DNA from: Candidatus Aenigmatarchaeota archaeon
GTDB taxonomy: Archaea; Aenigmatarchaeota; Aenigmatarchaeia; CG10238-14; SCSR01
Assembly (NCBI GenBank): GCA_038999725.1
Contig: JAWBWS010000001.1
Location: 32,001-96,000, forward strand
Direction: 5' to 3'
DNA: 64,000 nt
Below, one piece after another: positions 21,174 to 30,542 of this stretch. The position numbers and the translations under genes are program-made. Within the stretch, counting starts at the first letter, position 1. Each line of letters opens with the position of its first letter. The notes beneath the pieces were generated by a model that was not told the DNA's origin, did not search any database, and was given only the letters and a program-made list of their open reading frames with translations.

Positions 21174-21918
21174 GGGAATTGTAATCTTTCTGCTTTTTTC
21201 CCTCTTATTTTTCTTTTCTCTATCGAGGGCAGCTATAATTGAAGTTGACGTCTCCAGAAATCTTGAAGGAAAAATAAGCTCTTTTTCCTGTGATTCATCT
21301 AAGGATTTGATTGCATTCTATCTTGAATTTTACAACACTGGCAGCATAGCTTATAGAGCAAGGGTGAGAGTTGATATCATTAACAATTCTAAAATCGCTT
21401 TCACTGCATGGAGTGGAGAAAAAATTTTGATGCCAGGAGATAGAAAAAATTTTGAAGTTTATTTGTATGACAATTCCACAGGCAATATTACAGTGAGAGC
21501 AAGGATATACTTTGGAAATGAAATTGAGGAAAGAATTTTATCTGTAAAAAAAGAAAGCTATTTTTTGTCGCAAGATATTTTTGAAATAAAAAATTTCAGA
21601 ACTTATGATAATTTTGTTGTTTTCGATATCAAAGCTAGAAGAAATGTAAAGGATGTTGTGGTTATACCTCATGGCTTCCCTCAAAGCTGGATATTTGAAC
21701 AGAAGAAAATTAAGTTCTTGAAGGAAAATGAAGAAAAAACCGTGGCTCTTAACTATAATCCAGCTGTTTGGAGCGAGGAGAAATTAACTTTAATCGTAGC
21801 TTCGGATGGGGGAAAGTATAAAACTGAAAAAACTTTTGAAATGAGAAAAGAAGTTGGAATTATCTGGCTCATTCACTACCTCATTGATAAACTCAAGCTA
21901 TTTTTCAACTCGGCTTGA
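21121..21918 (+). CDS. Secreted Ig-fold protein (start possibly 21145)
   Basis: Hydrophobic signal, FYNTGS motif, beta-rich; overlaps the upstream gene. Confidence 0.65.
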   Translation: MLLCRGQDMISCITSGSRGIVIFLLFSLLFFFSLSRAAIIEVDVSRNLEGKISSFSCDSSKDLIAFYLEFYNTGSIAYRARVRVDIINNSKIAFTAWSGEKILMPGDRKNFEVYLYDNSTGNITVRARIYFGNEIEERILSVKKESYFLSQDIFEIKNFRTYDNFVVFDIKARRNVKDVVVIPHGFPQSWIFEQKKIKFLKENEEKTVALNYNPAVWSEEKLTLIVASDGGKYKTEKTFEMRKEVGIIWLIHYLIDKLKLFFNSA

Positions 21919-21940
21919 TTAAAGTTCTTAAGATTTTTTC

Positions 21941-22005
21941 ATATTGTAACAATATAGTAACCATAATAAAGTAATATTTAAATATCAATAAAACAATATT
22001 GTAAC
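21941..22005 (+). promoter_or_regulatory. Palindromic operator-like sites flanking a TATA box upstream of an HTH gene
   Basis: ATATTGT-A-ACAATAT at 21941-21955; TTTAAATA at ~21977; ATATTGTAAC repeated at 21996-22005. Confidence 0.45.
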
Positions 22006-22008
22006 TAT

Positions 22009-22224
22009 ATGGAAAAAGGGCTTGTAGACAAAAGTATAGAAGAAAAAATCATCCAAATTCTGAGCAAAAGGATTGTGTCAACTTCTGAGCTTGCGAAAGA
22101 GCTTGGGATTAAGAGATATGTTCTTGTTGGTTACTTGGAAGCTATGAAGAATCAGGGTAAGCTTGAATTCCACAAGGTTGGTAAGGCTAATGTTTATACT
22201 GTTGCCAAAGGTGAGAAAAAATGA
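22009..22224 (+). CDS. Small winged-HTH regulator
   Basis: STSELAKELGIKRYVLVGYLEAMKNQGKL...KVGKANVY. Confidence 0.85.
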   Translation: MEKGLVDKSIEEKIIQILSKRIVSTSELAKELGIKRYVLVGYLEAMKNQGKLEFHKVGKANVYTVAKGEKK

Positions 22225-24572
22225 AGAAATTAACTTTAGTCACATTTTTGCTCGGGATTTTGGTTTTTTCCAGTTCGGCTTTAGCTTCTCCTACAATTAA
22301 TGAAATAAAGTTCAGACCATCATCGGAAATTTGGATAGAGGAAGCACTTGGAATTGAAGTGAATTGCACAAATGGTTTGAAAGTTAATGCAACCCTAATT
22401 GGAGAAAGTGGTAGCACAATTTACATAGAAAATTTCACATACAATCCAACAAATAGTTTATTTACCACGAAAATAGATCCGACTTATTGGGGAGGCCAGC
22501 CCAATGTTTTCAGGACAATTATCAGTTGCTTGGACGAATTTAACAACATCGCCCAAAATGAAACCAGATTTAGTGTTTCAAGCTTGAATGTAAAGATTAG
22601 TGGGATTCATCCAAGTACAATATATCTTGGTGATGTAGTAGAAGTTGATATTTTAGTTGAAAGGAACGATGAACCAATTAACTCTACTGATGTTAAGTTT
22701 AAAATAATTGTTGATAACAATGAAATTGAACAACCAGAAGTAAGGTTATATGACCCGTCTGTTGGTTGGAAAATCTTCTTCAATTCTTCAAAAATTCAAA
22801 ACCCAATTGGAACGCACAATTTACAAATAACTGTGTTTTATGGTAGAGTTAATCTCACAAAAACCGCAAGCTTTACAATTAATGAAACAATACAGTTTTC
22901 AATTGTAAATGTGGACAAAACTTGGGTGAAGCCAAATGAAACAATTAATCTAAAAATTCAAGCTTTTGAAAAGGGAAATATAATACAATTAACCTCAGAA
23001 AATCTTGTAATTAAAATTGGTAATACTCAAGCAACAATTGTTGCTATATCTCCTCTTGCTAATTTCTTCAGTGTCACTATCCTTGCACCAAGCTTATCTC
23101 CTGATAGGTATTCTTTAACTGCCTTTCTTTCACATAAGAATTATACTTACACCAGTAGTTCAACTATTTACTACATTGTTCAAATAACTGGAAAATTTGT
23201 GGATGAAAATGATAAAGGAATTCCAACAAGAATTAGCTTTTTCTCTGATGGAGTAGAAAAACTTAGGATTTATACAGATGCATCAGGATCGTATTCAGGA
23301 AACTTATCGCCAGGAACTTATGATATCGAGTTTGTTTTTCCACATTCCACTTTGCGCTTATATGAAGCCGAAATAAGCAACTTTGAAGACCCTGTGAAAT
23401 ATTATTATTTTGACTCAATTGAGTTAGAAGGCTTAAACGTTGCTAGTTTGTTTGTTTATGAAACCGATTTGAACTATTACAAAGCTTCGATTGAAATGAA
23501 ATATGATGAAAGAAATGTGTTGGATGAAAATTTGTTAAAAGTTTATAAATGTGAAAATTGGAACTCTGGCAGAAAGGAATGCTACGGTAAATGGAATGAA
23601 ATTCCTGCAAGCGTTGACAAGATGAGAAACACAGTCTATGTGAACACAACAAGCTTGTCTGCCTATGCTATTGGAACTTTGGGAAAACTTTCAATTGATT
23701 TCAATTTGAATAAACAAATCTTTTATCTTAAAGATTTGGTTAAGGTTAGGGGGATGGTTGTAGATGAGTATAGAAATCCTGTGAAAAATGCTAGCGTAAA
23801 CATTCAAGTAAAAAACACTTCTATCAAACAAAAGGTTTTTTCAGATAGCAATGGTTTATTCACAATAGAATTCTTATCACCAGACCAAGAAGGAAATTAT
23901 TCATTAATTTTAGTTGCAGAAAAGCATCCTTACATAAGTTTCAATTCCACCTTAACTTTGGGTGTGGTGAAAAGAAAAGAAATCTCAATCGTTTTTCCAG
24001 ATACTATAAGAGTAAATCAAGGGGAGAATTTCACTCAAGAGTTTAGTGTGATAAACATAGGTCAAGCTGAACTTTACAATTTAAGTATTTCTTTGGAAGA
24101 AATACCAAGCAATTACTACAAATTGCAAGAAAAAATAGAAAAGCTTGAAGTTGGTGAAGAGAAAAAGTTGCAAATAGAATTTTTCATTCCAGTTAATGCT
24201 TCTGCTGGGACTTCAAGCGGGAAGATAAAGGTTTTCAATGAAGAGGTTTCTAAAGAAAAATTGTTTGGCTTCACAATAATTGAGAGAAATGAGACTCGGG
24301 AAGCAAAAACGATGCCAGTTGGTTTCTTTGGAAGAATAAGTTTACCACAAATATCCCAAAACTACGCTTATCTTCTGCTTTTTGCTGCAATTTCTTTTTC
24401 TTTAGCCTTCTCGCTCAAAAAAAGGAAAATCAAATCTCAAAGCAGGGAAGAAATCAAAAATTCTCTTCTTGATATCAAAGAATTTTTGGAGGAGAGGAAA
24501 AATAGAGCTCAGTCGATGGAAACCCAACCTTCAGAAGAAATTTTGGAAGCAAATGAAAAAGGGGTTGGTTAA
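22221..24572 (+). CDS. Membrane-anchored multi-Ig-domain surface protein (carboxypeptidase-regulatory-like and PGF-pre-PGF-like regions)
   Basis: Signal peptide; TDASGSYS and SDSNGLFT motifs; LKVYKC..W...TTSLSAYAIG; C-terminal TM. Confidence 0.75.
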   Translation: MKKLTLVTFLLGILVFSSSALASPTINEIKFRPSSEIWIEEALGIEVNCTNGLKVNATLIGESGSTIYIENFTYNPTNSLFTTKIDPTYWGGQPNVFRTIISCLDEFNNIAQNETRFSVSSLNVKISGIHPSTIYLGDVVEVDILVERNDEPINSTDVKFKIIVDNNEIEQPEVRLYDPSVGWKIFFNSSKIQNPIGTHNLQITVFYGRVNLTKTASFTINETIQFSIVNVDKTWVKPNETINLKIQAFEKGNIIQLTSENLVIKIGNTQATIVAISPLANFFSVTILAPSLSPDRYSLTAFLSHKNYTYTSSSTIYYIVQITGKFVDENDKGIPTRISFFSDGVEKLRIYTDASGSYSGNLSPGTYDIEFVFPHSTLRLYEAEISNFEDPVKYYYFDSIELEGLNVASLFVYETDLNYYKASIEMKYDERNVLDENLLKVYKCENWNSGRKECYGKWNEIPASVDKMRNTVYVNTTSLSAYAIGTLGKLSIDFNLNKQIFYLKDLVKVRGMVVDEYRNPVKNASVNIQVKNTSIKQKVFSDSNGLFTIEFLSPDQEGNYSLILVAEKHPYISFNSTLTLGVVKRKEISIVFPDTIRVNQGENFTQEFSVINIGQAELYNLSISLEEIPSNYYKLQEKIEKLEVGEEKKLQIEFFIPVNASAGTSSGKIKVFNEEVSKEKLFGFTIIERNETREAKTMPVGFFGRISLPQISQNYAYLLLFAAISFSLAFSLKKRKIKSQSREEIKNSLLDIKEFLEERKNRAQSMETQPSEEILEANEKGVG

Positions 24573-25352
24573 ATGGTGAGAATAATTGATGTTTGCTCTG
24601 GAAAGGGTGGTGTGGGTAAAACAACAATAGTAGCTAATTTAGGTTTAGCTTTAGTTGAGCTTGGAAAAAAAGTTGCTATTGTTGATTGTAACTTAACAAC
24701 TCCACATTTAAGCTTGTTTTTTGGAACTTATTCCTATCCCCTGACCCTAAACGATTTTTTGAGGGGAGAAGCAAAATTTGAAGATATAGTTTATACTCAT
24801 CTTTTTGGTTTAAAAATAGTACCAGCCTCCCTTGAGTTAAAAGATTTGATTGATATTGATGTTGGCAATTTAAGAGAAAAGTTAAGAGAAAACTTCAAAG
24901 ATTTTGATATTGTTTTACTCGATTCTGCCCCAGGTCTGGGAAGAGAGGCCTTAATAGCATTGCAAGCAGCTGATGAAGTTTTATTTGTAGCAAATCCATT
25001 AATTACTTCTTTAATTGATGTAGTTAAATGCAATCAATTAATTAATTCTTTGCACCCTAAACCAGTAGCTATAGGAGTTGTTTTAAACAGGGTGAAGAAA
25101 AAGACTTATGAGATATTGGTTGATGAAGCTAGACAGTTTACAGAATTGCCTGTTATCGGGACGATTCCTGAAGATGAAAAAGTTCTAGAAAGCACTAACA
25201 AAAGAACTCCTGTTTTGATTTCACACAAAAATTCTCCTGCAAGTAAATCAATTTTTGAAATTGCCGCAAAGCTGGCTGGGATAGAACACAAGAAGCCCAA
25301 GCTTCTAGAAAGGTTTTTTGAAATTTTCAAAAGGTGGAAAAATGAGAGTTGA
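24573..25352 (+). CDS. minD: MinD/ParA-family ATPase (paralog 2)
   Basis: SGKGGVGKTT, DSAPGLG, amphipathic tail LLERFFEIF. Confidence 0.9.
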   Translation: MVRIIDVCSGKGGVGKTTIVANLGLALVELGKKVAIVDCNLTTPHLSLFFGTYSYPLTLNDFLRGEAKFEDIVYTHLFGLKIVPASLELKDLIDIDVGNLREKLRENFKDFDIVLLDSAPGLGREALIALQAADEVLFVANPLITSLIDVVKCNQLINSLHPKPVAIGVVLNRVKKKTYEILVDEARQFTELPVIGTIPEDEKVLESTNKRTPVLISHKNSPASKSIFEIAAKLAGIEHKKPKLLERFFEIFKRWKNES

Positions 25353-27240
25353 AGTAAAATTTTTTTTGTTGGCTTTAATTTTCTTCTTTCTTGTCTTTAA
25401 ATCGGTATCTTTTTCAGAAGGAATAGACCCAACATCACAATTCAATCAAACTTCTTCTACAAACATCACAGGAAATGCTTCTACTATAGACCAAGCAACA
25501 ATAGACTCTTACTTGAATTTCAATGGGGATGGTTTAACTTGGGATGTTACAGAAGCACAAGTTGGAACCAATTATACTTACCCTGTCGCAAATCAAAATT
25601 TCACTTCTGGGGCTTATGGTTGGACTTATGGTGAAGAAAACGATGTTAACAATATGGCAACTGGTGCATGGGATCCAGATTCAGGGAGGATAGACCCAGG
25701 GAGTTATAACTTTAGTATTGTAGATACTTCAGCTACACTTATTGCACAGGTAAATCAATATATAAACTACTCTTTTACAGTTGATAATACAGCTGACCTA
25801 GTTTCAGCAACAGCTTATGCAAGCTTTCGTCTAACTTGCACGGATGACCAACTAGTTTATGCAAAACTCAATTTAATTTTGCCGAATGGTGAAGTTTCAA
25901 ACCTTTGGACTTCTCAAACCTGGCAAACTACCAATCCTTTAGACACAGGTTGGTTAAATGTAAGTGTTAATGTGCTTTCAAACTTTACTTCAAAAGGAAT
26001 AGGTACTTATCAATTGAGTTTAATGATTCATACAGAAACAGATGATGCGGGTAAAAACGCTCAAAAAACTACATGCTATCATTACCTGGATGATGCAGGA
26101 GTTGAATTAAGTTATCCTGAATATCAAATTTCAATAGAACACAATGCAACAATAAGCTATTCCGGATCTTTAAACAGTATAAATGTTTCAGTAAACTTTA
26201 CCTCCACGGTTGACGATGTATATCAGTTATACATCTATAATTTTACGGATTCGACCTGGGATTCAAATCCATGTGAATCCCAGGTTGCTATTGCAAATAC
26301 TTACTATACAAAATGGTGCAATGTCACAATAAACCCGCAAAACTACATTTCTGAAAATAAGGTGGTAAGGGTAAGACTCAATTCTACTGTTGATAGTGAT
26401 AAAGGAACTTTAAAGGAAGAATATGTCCAATTTTATGTTGGTTATTCGGTAGGTTATTTGGAAGTTAGGCTAGTTCTGCCCAGTACAGAAACCATAAATA
26501 ATGTGATTCAAAACTCTTCTTTTCTCGTTAACGCGACTGTTTTTTGTAGAAATGCTCCTTGTGGTAATATTTATGGTACTTTGTTGTATAACCTATCTTC
26601 TTCCTATCCAGACACGCCAATAAATACAAGCTATGGAGATAAACCTTTTTTCGTCAATGAATCTCCAGCTTATGCAATAAAGCCTTGTCCAAACAATCCC
26701 TTGAATGCAAACGACTTTTGTAATTTAACTTGGGTTGTAAACGCTTCTGGTGAAATAAGTACTGATTGGAAAATTGGAGTCTATTTCAATTCTTCTTACA
26801 CAGAAGTTCAACCAAATTCTACAAGCAATGCAACCCTCTCAATAGTTTCTTGTACAGTTGATTTCAGCTTAAGTTGGTCTTCCATAGATTTTGGTGAACT
26901 TTTGCCCAATACTCACAACAATTCAGCTCCTGGGAATGCAAATAATGTTTACAACATAACAGTAAATCCAGGCAGCTGCAACTTAGACCTTTACATAAGA
27001 GGCACAGATTTGATTAACTCAACTTTTGGCTCAGTGATAAAAGTTGGGAACATAAGTTGGAGTAACATAAGCAGTAATTTACAAGACGGTTATTTCCAGT
27101 TAACAGAAACAAATTCTGTGATCAAACTTAATGTCCCAGAAAAAACCAACATTACAACTTGGTATTGGCTGAGTGTTCCTCCTGTGTATGCAGGCTTCTA
27201 TACAGGAACAATCTACATCATGGGGGTAAAACATGAATAA
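25342..27240 (+). CDS. Secreted adhesin-like protein with C-terminal pilin-like domain
   Basis: Signal peptide; Cys-paired beta domains; C-terminal SCTVDFSLSWSSIDFGELLPN...YTGTIYIMGV; no C-terminal TM. Confidence 0.65.
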   Translation: MRVEVKFFLLALIFFFLVFKSVSFSEGIDPTSQFNQTSSTNITGNASTIDQATIDSYLNFNGDGLTWDVTEAQVGTNYTYPVANQNFTSGAYGWTYGEENDVNNMATGAWDPDSGRIDPGSYNFSIVDTSATLIAQVNQYINYSFTVDNTADLVSATAYASFRLTCTDDQLVYAKLNLILPNGEVSNLWTSQTWQTTNPLDTGWLNVSVNVLSNFTSKGIGTYQLSLMIHTETDDAGKNAQKTTCYHYLDDAGVELSYPEYQISIEHNATISYSGSLNSINVSVNFTSTVDDVYQLYIYNFTDSTWDSNPCESQVAIANTYYTKWCNVTINPQNYISENKVVRVRLNSTVDSDKGTLKEEYVQFYVGYSVGYLEVRLVLPSTETINNVIQNSSFLVNATVFCRNAPCGNIYGTLLYNLSSSYPDTPINTSYGDKPFFVNESPAYAIKPCPNNPLNANDFCNLTWVVNASGEISTDWKIGVYFNSSYTEVQPNSTSNATLSIVSCTVDFSLSWSSIDFGELLPNTHNNSAPGNANNVYNITVNPGSCNLDLYIRGTDLINSTFGSVIKVGNISWSNISSNLQDGYFQLTETNSVIKLNVPEKTNITTWYWLSVPPVYAGFYTGTIYIMGVKHE

Positions 27241-27829
27241 ATTAAAATTAACTACACTCTTGCTTTTCCTCTTGATTTTACCACAGGCAAAAGCAATTAG
27301 CTTAGGAACAGTTTTGAAGAAAGATTATGCAACCATCAAAGCTAATGAGTCAACAAAATTTGAAATTTTATTTTGGAATGTAGAAGAAGAAACTTATGAA
27401 ATTCAAGTTGAAGTTGATAAAGCCCTAAAGGATTGGTTCATCAAAATAGAACCTCAAAAATTCTTGCTCAATTCTTCAGCTGGGAAAGAATACATAAACT
27501 TGCCCAATTTTGAAAAACCTGTCAAGGCTTCTGTTGTTAACATTTTTGTGAAACCAGAAAATACAGAACCTGGGGAATATAAGATTTTGGTAAGAGCAAA
27601 AGCCGGTCTTCCCTCTCAAGGTATAGCCTTTTTTCAAGAAAGGGAATTTGAATTGAAAGTGAAGATAGAAGGTAAAACCCAAGAAGTTGAAAATAAAACT
27701 TTAGCTATGTCGGAAGAAAATTTCTACTTTAAAGGAAAGTCTGTTGGAGAAATTTCTCCTACACTCTCTTACATTTTGGCCATCATCTGCATTTTAGTGA
27801 TTTCTGCCCTAATATATAAATATGCGTAA
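27233..27829 (+). CDS. Membrane-anchored Ig-fold protein
   Basis: Signal peptide, EPGEYKILVRA, C-terminal TM ending LIYKYA (similar to 19726). Confidence 0.7.
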   Translation: MNKLKLTTLLLFLLILPQAKAISLGTVLKKDYATIKANESTKFEILFWNVEEETYEIQVEVDKALKDWFIKIEPQKFLLNSSAGKEYINLPNFEKPVKASVVNIFVKPENTEPGEYKILVRAKAGLPSQGIAFFQEREFELKVKIEGKTQEVENKTLAMSEENFYFKGKSVGEISPTLSYILAIICILVISALIYKYA

Positions 27830-29066
27830 GAATCTTTTAGCTGTAGTTTTAATTCTTCTCTTCATTTCAATCTTTCTTGCAAGGAATTTTCTTACAACTA
27901 TTGGTCTGGGACTTTTGAGCATGATAAATGTCTCTATCCAAGAAAAAATAGGAGGAAAACTCCTCTTATCATACAAACAATTTATTGAAATTGGTAATCA
28001 GCAAGAAATCTACACAGAATTCATAAACATTGGTACTTCTCCTCTAACAGAAAGAATTGAAGTTAAAGTTTACGGTTATGTGAATGGAACTCTTAAACCT
28101 TTAGCTTATTATTACGATATTTCGGTTCCTCTTCCTTCTGGAGGTAGAAAAGGGTTTCTAAGTATTTTCATGCCACCAGACACAGGTTTATATTACATAC
28201 AAGCAAAAGCAAGCTATGATACAAAAGTCTTGGAAACTTGGGGGGCTTTTTTGGTCCATCTTCCACCCCCTCCCGTAATTTATGTACCAACACCTGTTTC
28301 TCTACCCACTCCTCCTACCCCCATTGTTGGTGTACCAGATTTGAGCTTAGAATACCCGAAGCTTATTGAGTTTTACCCCGGGGAGAAAAAGTTAATAAAT
28401 ATAACAATAAAAAGCGTGGGAACTGCTTCACTACACAATCTTAGGCTCTACACTTCCACATCTTCTTTGATAAATGTCTCTGTTTTTCCGAAACAAATTC
28501 TTGTATTGAGTCCAAATGAAACTTCAATTTTCATAGTTTCAATTGAGGTACCATCGACAACAGAAGATGGGATTTATCCACTTGAATTTGAAACAATGAA
28601 CGATGAGGGGATAAAAAAGAAGGGAGAAATTTCTATCAAAGTTATATCTCTTCCACCTTCAGAAGAAGGAGAAATTTCTGAAAAAATTTTGAATTATGAA
28701 TTCTTGATATCAGAAATTCAGAGAGAAATAAATTACGCCTCCTTTCAAGGCTATGATGTTGAGCTTGCAAACAAAAGTTTGAGTATGGCAAGAATTAGCC
28801 TTGAAAATGCAAAAGGTTATCTTAAATTGAAAAGGATTCAAGATGCTAAATTGGAATTGAAAAAAGTTGAAAAATATATTGAAGATTCTGCACTCCAACT
28901 CGCAAGCTCCCTACTTTACATTTACAAACCACCAGCAATACTTTGGTGGTTAATTATCTCCATAATCATCTTGATAGCTTCGATAATTTTAGTTTACTTG
29001 TACTTTAAAAAGAGGAGGAGAAAAAGACCCAGGTTGTTAGAAGGGGTAGAGGAAATAGAAAAATAA
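27822..29066 (+). CDS. Membrane-anchored protein (Ig/NEW3-like domains, Pro-rich linker, helical bundle, TM)
   Basis: Architecture parallels the C-terminal part of 11100-16964. Confidence 0.75.
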   Translation: MRKNLLAVVLILLFISIFLARNFLTTIGLGLLSMINVSIQEKIGGKLLLSYKQFIEIGNQQEIYTEFINIGTSPLTERIEVKVYGYVNGTLKPLAYYYDISVPLPSGGRKGFLSIFMPPDTGLYYIQAKASYDTKVLETWGAFLVHLPPPPVIYVPTPVSLPTPPTPIVGVPDLSLEYPKLIEFYPGEKKLINITIKSVGTASLHNLRLYTSTSSLINVSVFPKQILVLSPNETSIFIVSIEVPSTTEDGIYPLEFETMNDEGIKKKGEISIKVISLPPSEEGEISEKILNYEFLISEIQREINYASFQGYDVELANKSLSMARISLENAKGYLKLKRIQDAKLELKKVEKYIEDSALQLASSLLYIYKPPAILWWLIISIIILIASIILVYLYFKKRRRKRPRLLEGVEEIEK

Positions 29067-29087
29067 TTCAAATGATAAAAATATTTC

Positions 29088-29336
29088 ATGGGACTATTTG
29101 GGCCCTTCGTTTACAAGTCCAAGAAAAATGGCCAAAAATTTTGGCTTCATATGAAGGTTAAAGGGAATGCAAAAATCTATTATTTTTCAAAAGACCCTAC
29201 TGGAGCTATTTTCGATTTGCCTCTAGGCTATGAAGTTGTGGAGAATCCAAAAACTGGAATGCCTTTCTTAAGAAAAAAGACTTCTGGATTTTTTTCTTTT
29301 TTCAAAATAAAAAAAAGAGAAGTTGAGAAAAAATAA
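29088..29336 (+). CDS. Small conserved basic hypothetical protein
   Basis: IYYFSKDP...LPLGYEVVENPKTGMPFLRKK pattern. Confidence 0.7.
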   Translation: MGLFGPFVYKSKKNGQKFWLHMKVKGNAKIYYFSKDPTGAIFDLPLGYEVVENPKTGMPFLRKKTSGFFSFFKIKKREVEKK

Positions 29337-29364
29337 GTAAATAGCAACACAATTATTAAATAGC

Positions 29365-30159
29365 ATGGCAAGAGTAATTGGAATAGTTTCTGGTAAAGGT
29401 GGTGTTGGAAAAACAACTTTAACCATCAATCTAGGTTCAGCCCTTTCCCATTTTTTCAAGAAGAAAGTTACTGTTATTGATTGTAACATAACAACTTCTC
29501 ATTTAGGCTTATACCTTGGGATGTATTATTGCCCAATAACTTTAAACAAGGTCTTAAGAGGGGAGTCAACAATAGATGAAGCAGTTTATGATCACTACAG
29601 TGGAATGAAAGTTGTGCCAGCTTCGCTTTCTATTAGTGAGCTTGAAGGGGTGGATGTAACTTTATTAAGGGAAAGTATAAAACCATTAGAAGTGAAAAAT
29701 GACATAATATTGCTTGATGGTAGTCCTGGATTGGGAAGAGAGGCTATGGCTTGTCTTAAGGCTTGTGATGAGGTATTATATGTCACAACACCCTATGTGC
29801 CATCTGTCATAGATATAGTAAAATATCAAGAGGTTGTGAGTGAGCTTGGTTTGAAGCCTGTGGGCATTGTTTTGAATGTAGTTGATAGAGCAAGATATGA
29901 AATGAATATAAAAGAAGTGGAAGAATTGACACGTTTACCTGTTCTTGCCTCTATTCCATATGATAAAAATATCAAAAAAGCCCTTTCGCTCAAGATGCCT
30001 GTTGTGTTGTTGAACAAAAATTCTCCAGCCAGCAGGGAAATGATAAAATTTGCTGCAAGACTTGTAGGTGAAGAATATAAATCAGATAGCTCTTTCTATA
30101 GAATAATGGAAAGGTTGAGAAACTTCATGAAGTTTAGGGCTTCTCTAGGTCCTGTTTAA
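29365..30159 (+). CDS. minD: MinD/ParA-family ATPase (paralog 3)
   Basis: SGKGGVGKTT, DGSPGLG, amphipathic tail. Confidence 0.9.
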   Translation: MARVIGIVSGKGGVGKTTLTINLGSALSHFFKKKVTVIDCNITTSHLGLYLGMYYCPITLNKVLRGESTIDEAVYDHYSGMKVVPASLSISELEGVDVTLLRESIKPLEVKNDIILLDGSPGLGREAMACLKACDEVLYVTTPYVPSVIDIVKYQEVVSELGLKPVGIVLNVVDRARYEMNIKEVEELTRLPVLASIPYDKNIKKALSLKMPVVLLNKNSPASREMIKFAARLVGEEYKSDSSFYRIMERLRNFMKFRASLGPV

Positions 30160-30200
30160 CACTTATCTTTAAATATTTTAGTGTTTAAATAATCTAAAAT

Positions 30201-30542
30201 ATGGAAAAGAAAAAAGCTGTCTTAATAACATTCAGTGTAAACTCTGGAAAATTCGAGAATTATTACGAGAGGAATAAATTTTTCCGCAGTTTATATGGTT
30301 GGAAGCAAATCATCAAGAGAGAAATTTTTGTAAGTAAAAAACCAAAAGAAAAAGTTTATGTTTACCAGAGAGAGGGTTTGCTTAATACAATTCCTCACAA
30401 AAAAGTTGATCAAAGCAGCTTTATAGTTCCAGAAGATGAATTTGATAAAATAGAAAAGTTTATGAGAGAATGGGAAGAAAAAGTTATGTGGAAAGCTTTC
30501 AAAATATTATTAGAGGAAGATGTTTTTGAAGAGGGAGGTTGA
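30201..30542 (+). CDS. Conserved hypothetical protein
   Basis: 113-aa ORF with upstream TATA, abutting cdc48. Confidence 0.7.
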   Translation: MEKKKAVLITFSVNSGKFENYYERNKFFRSLYGWKQIIKREIFVSKKPKEKVYVYQREGLLNTIPHKKVDQSSFIVPEDEFDKIEKFMREWEEKVMWKAFKILLEEDVFEEGG

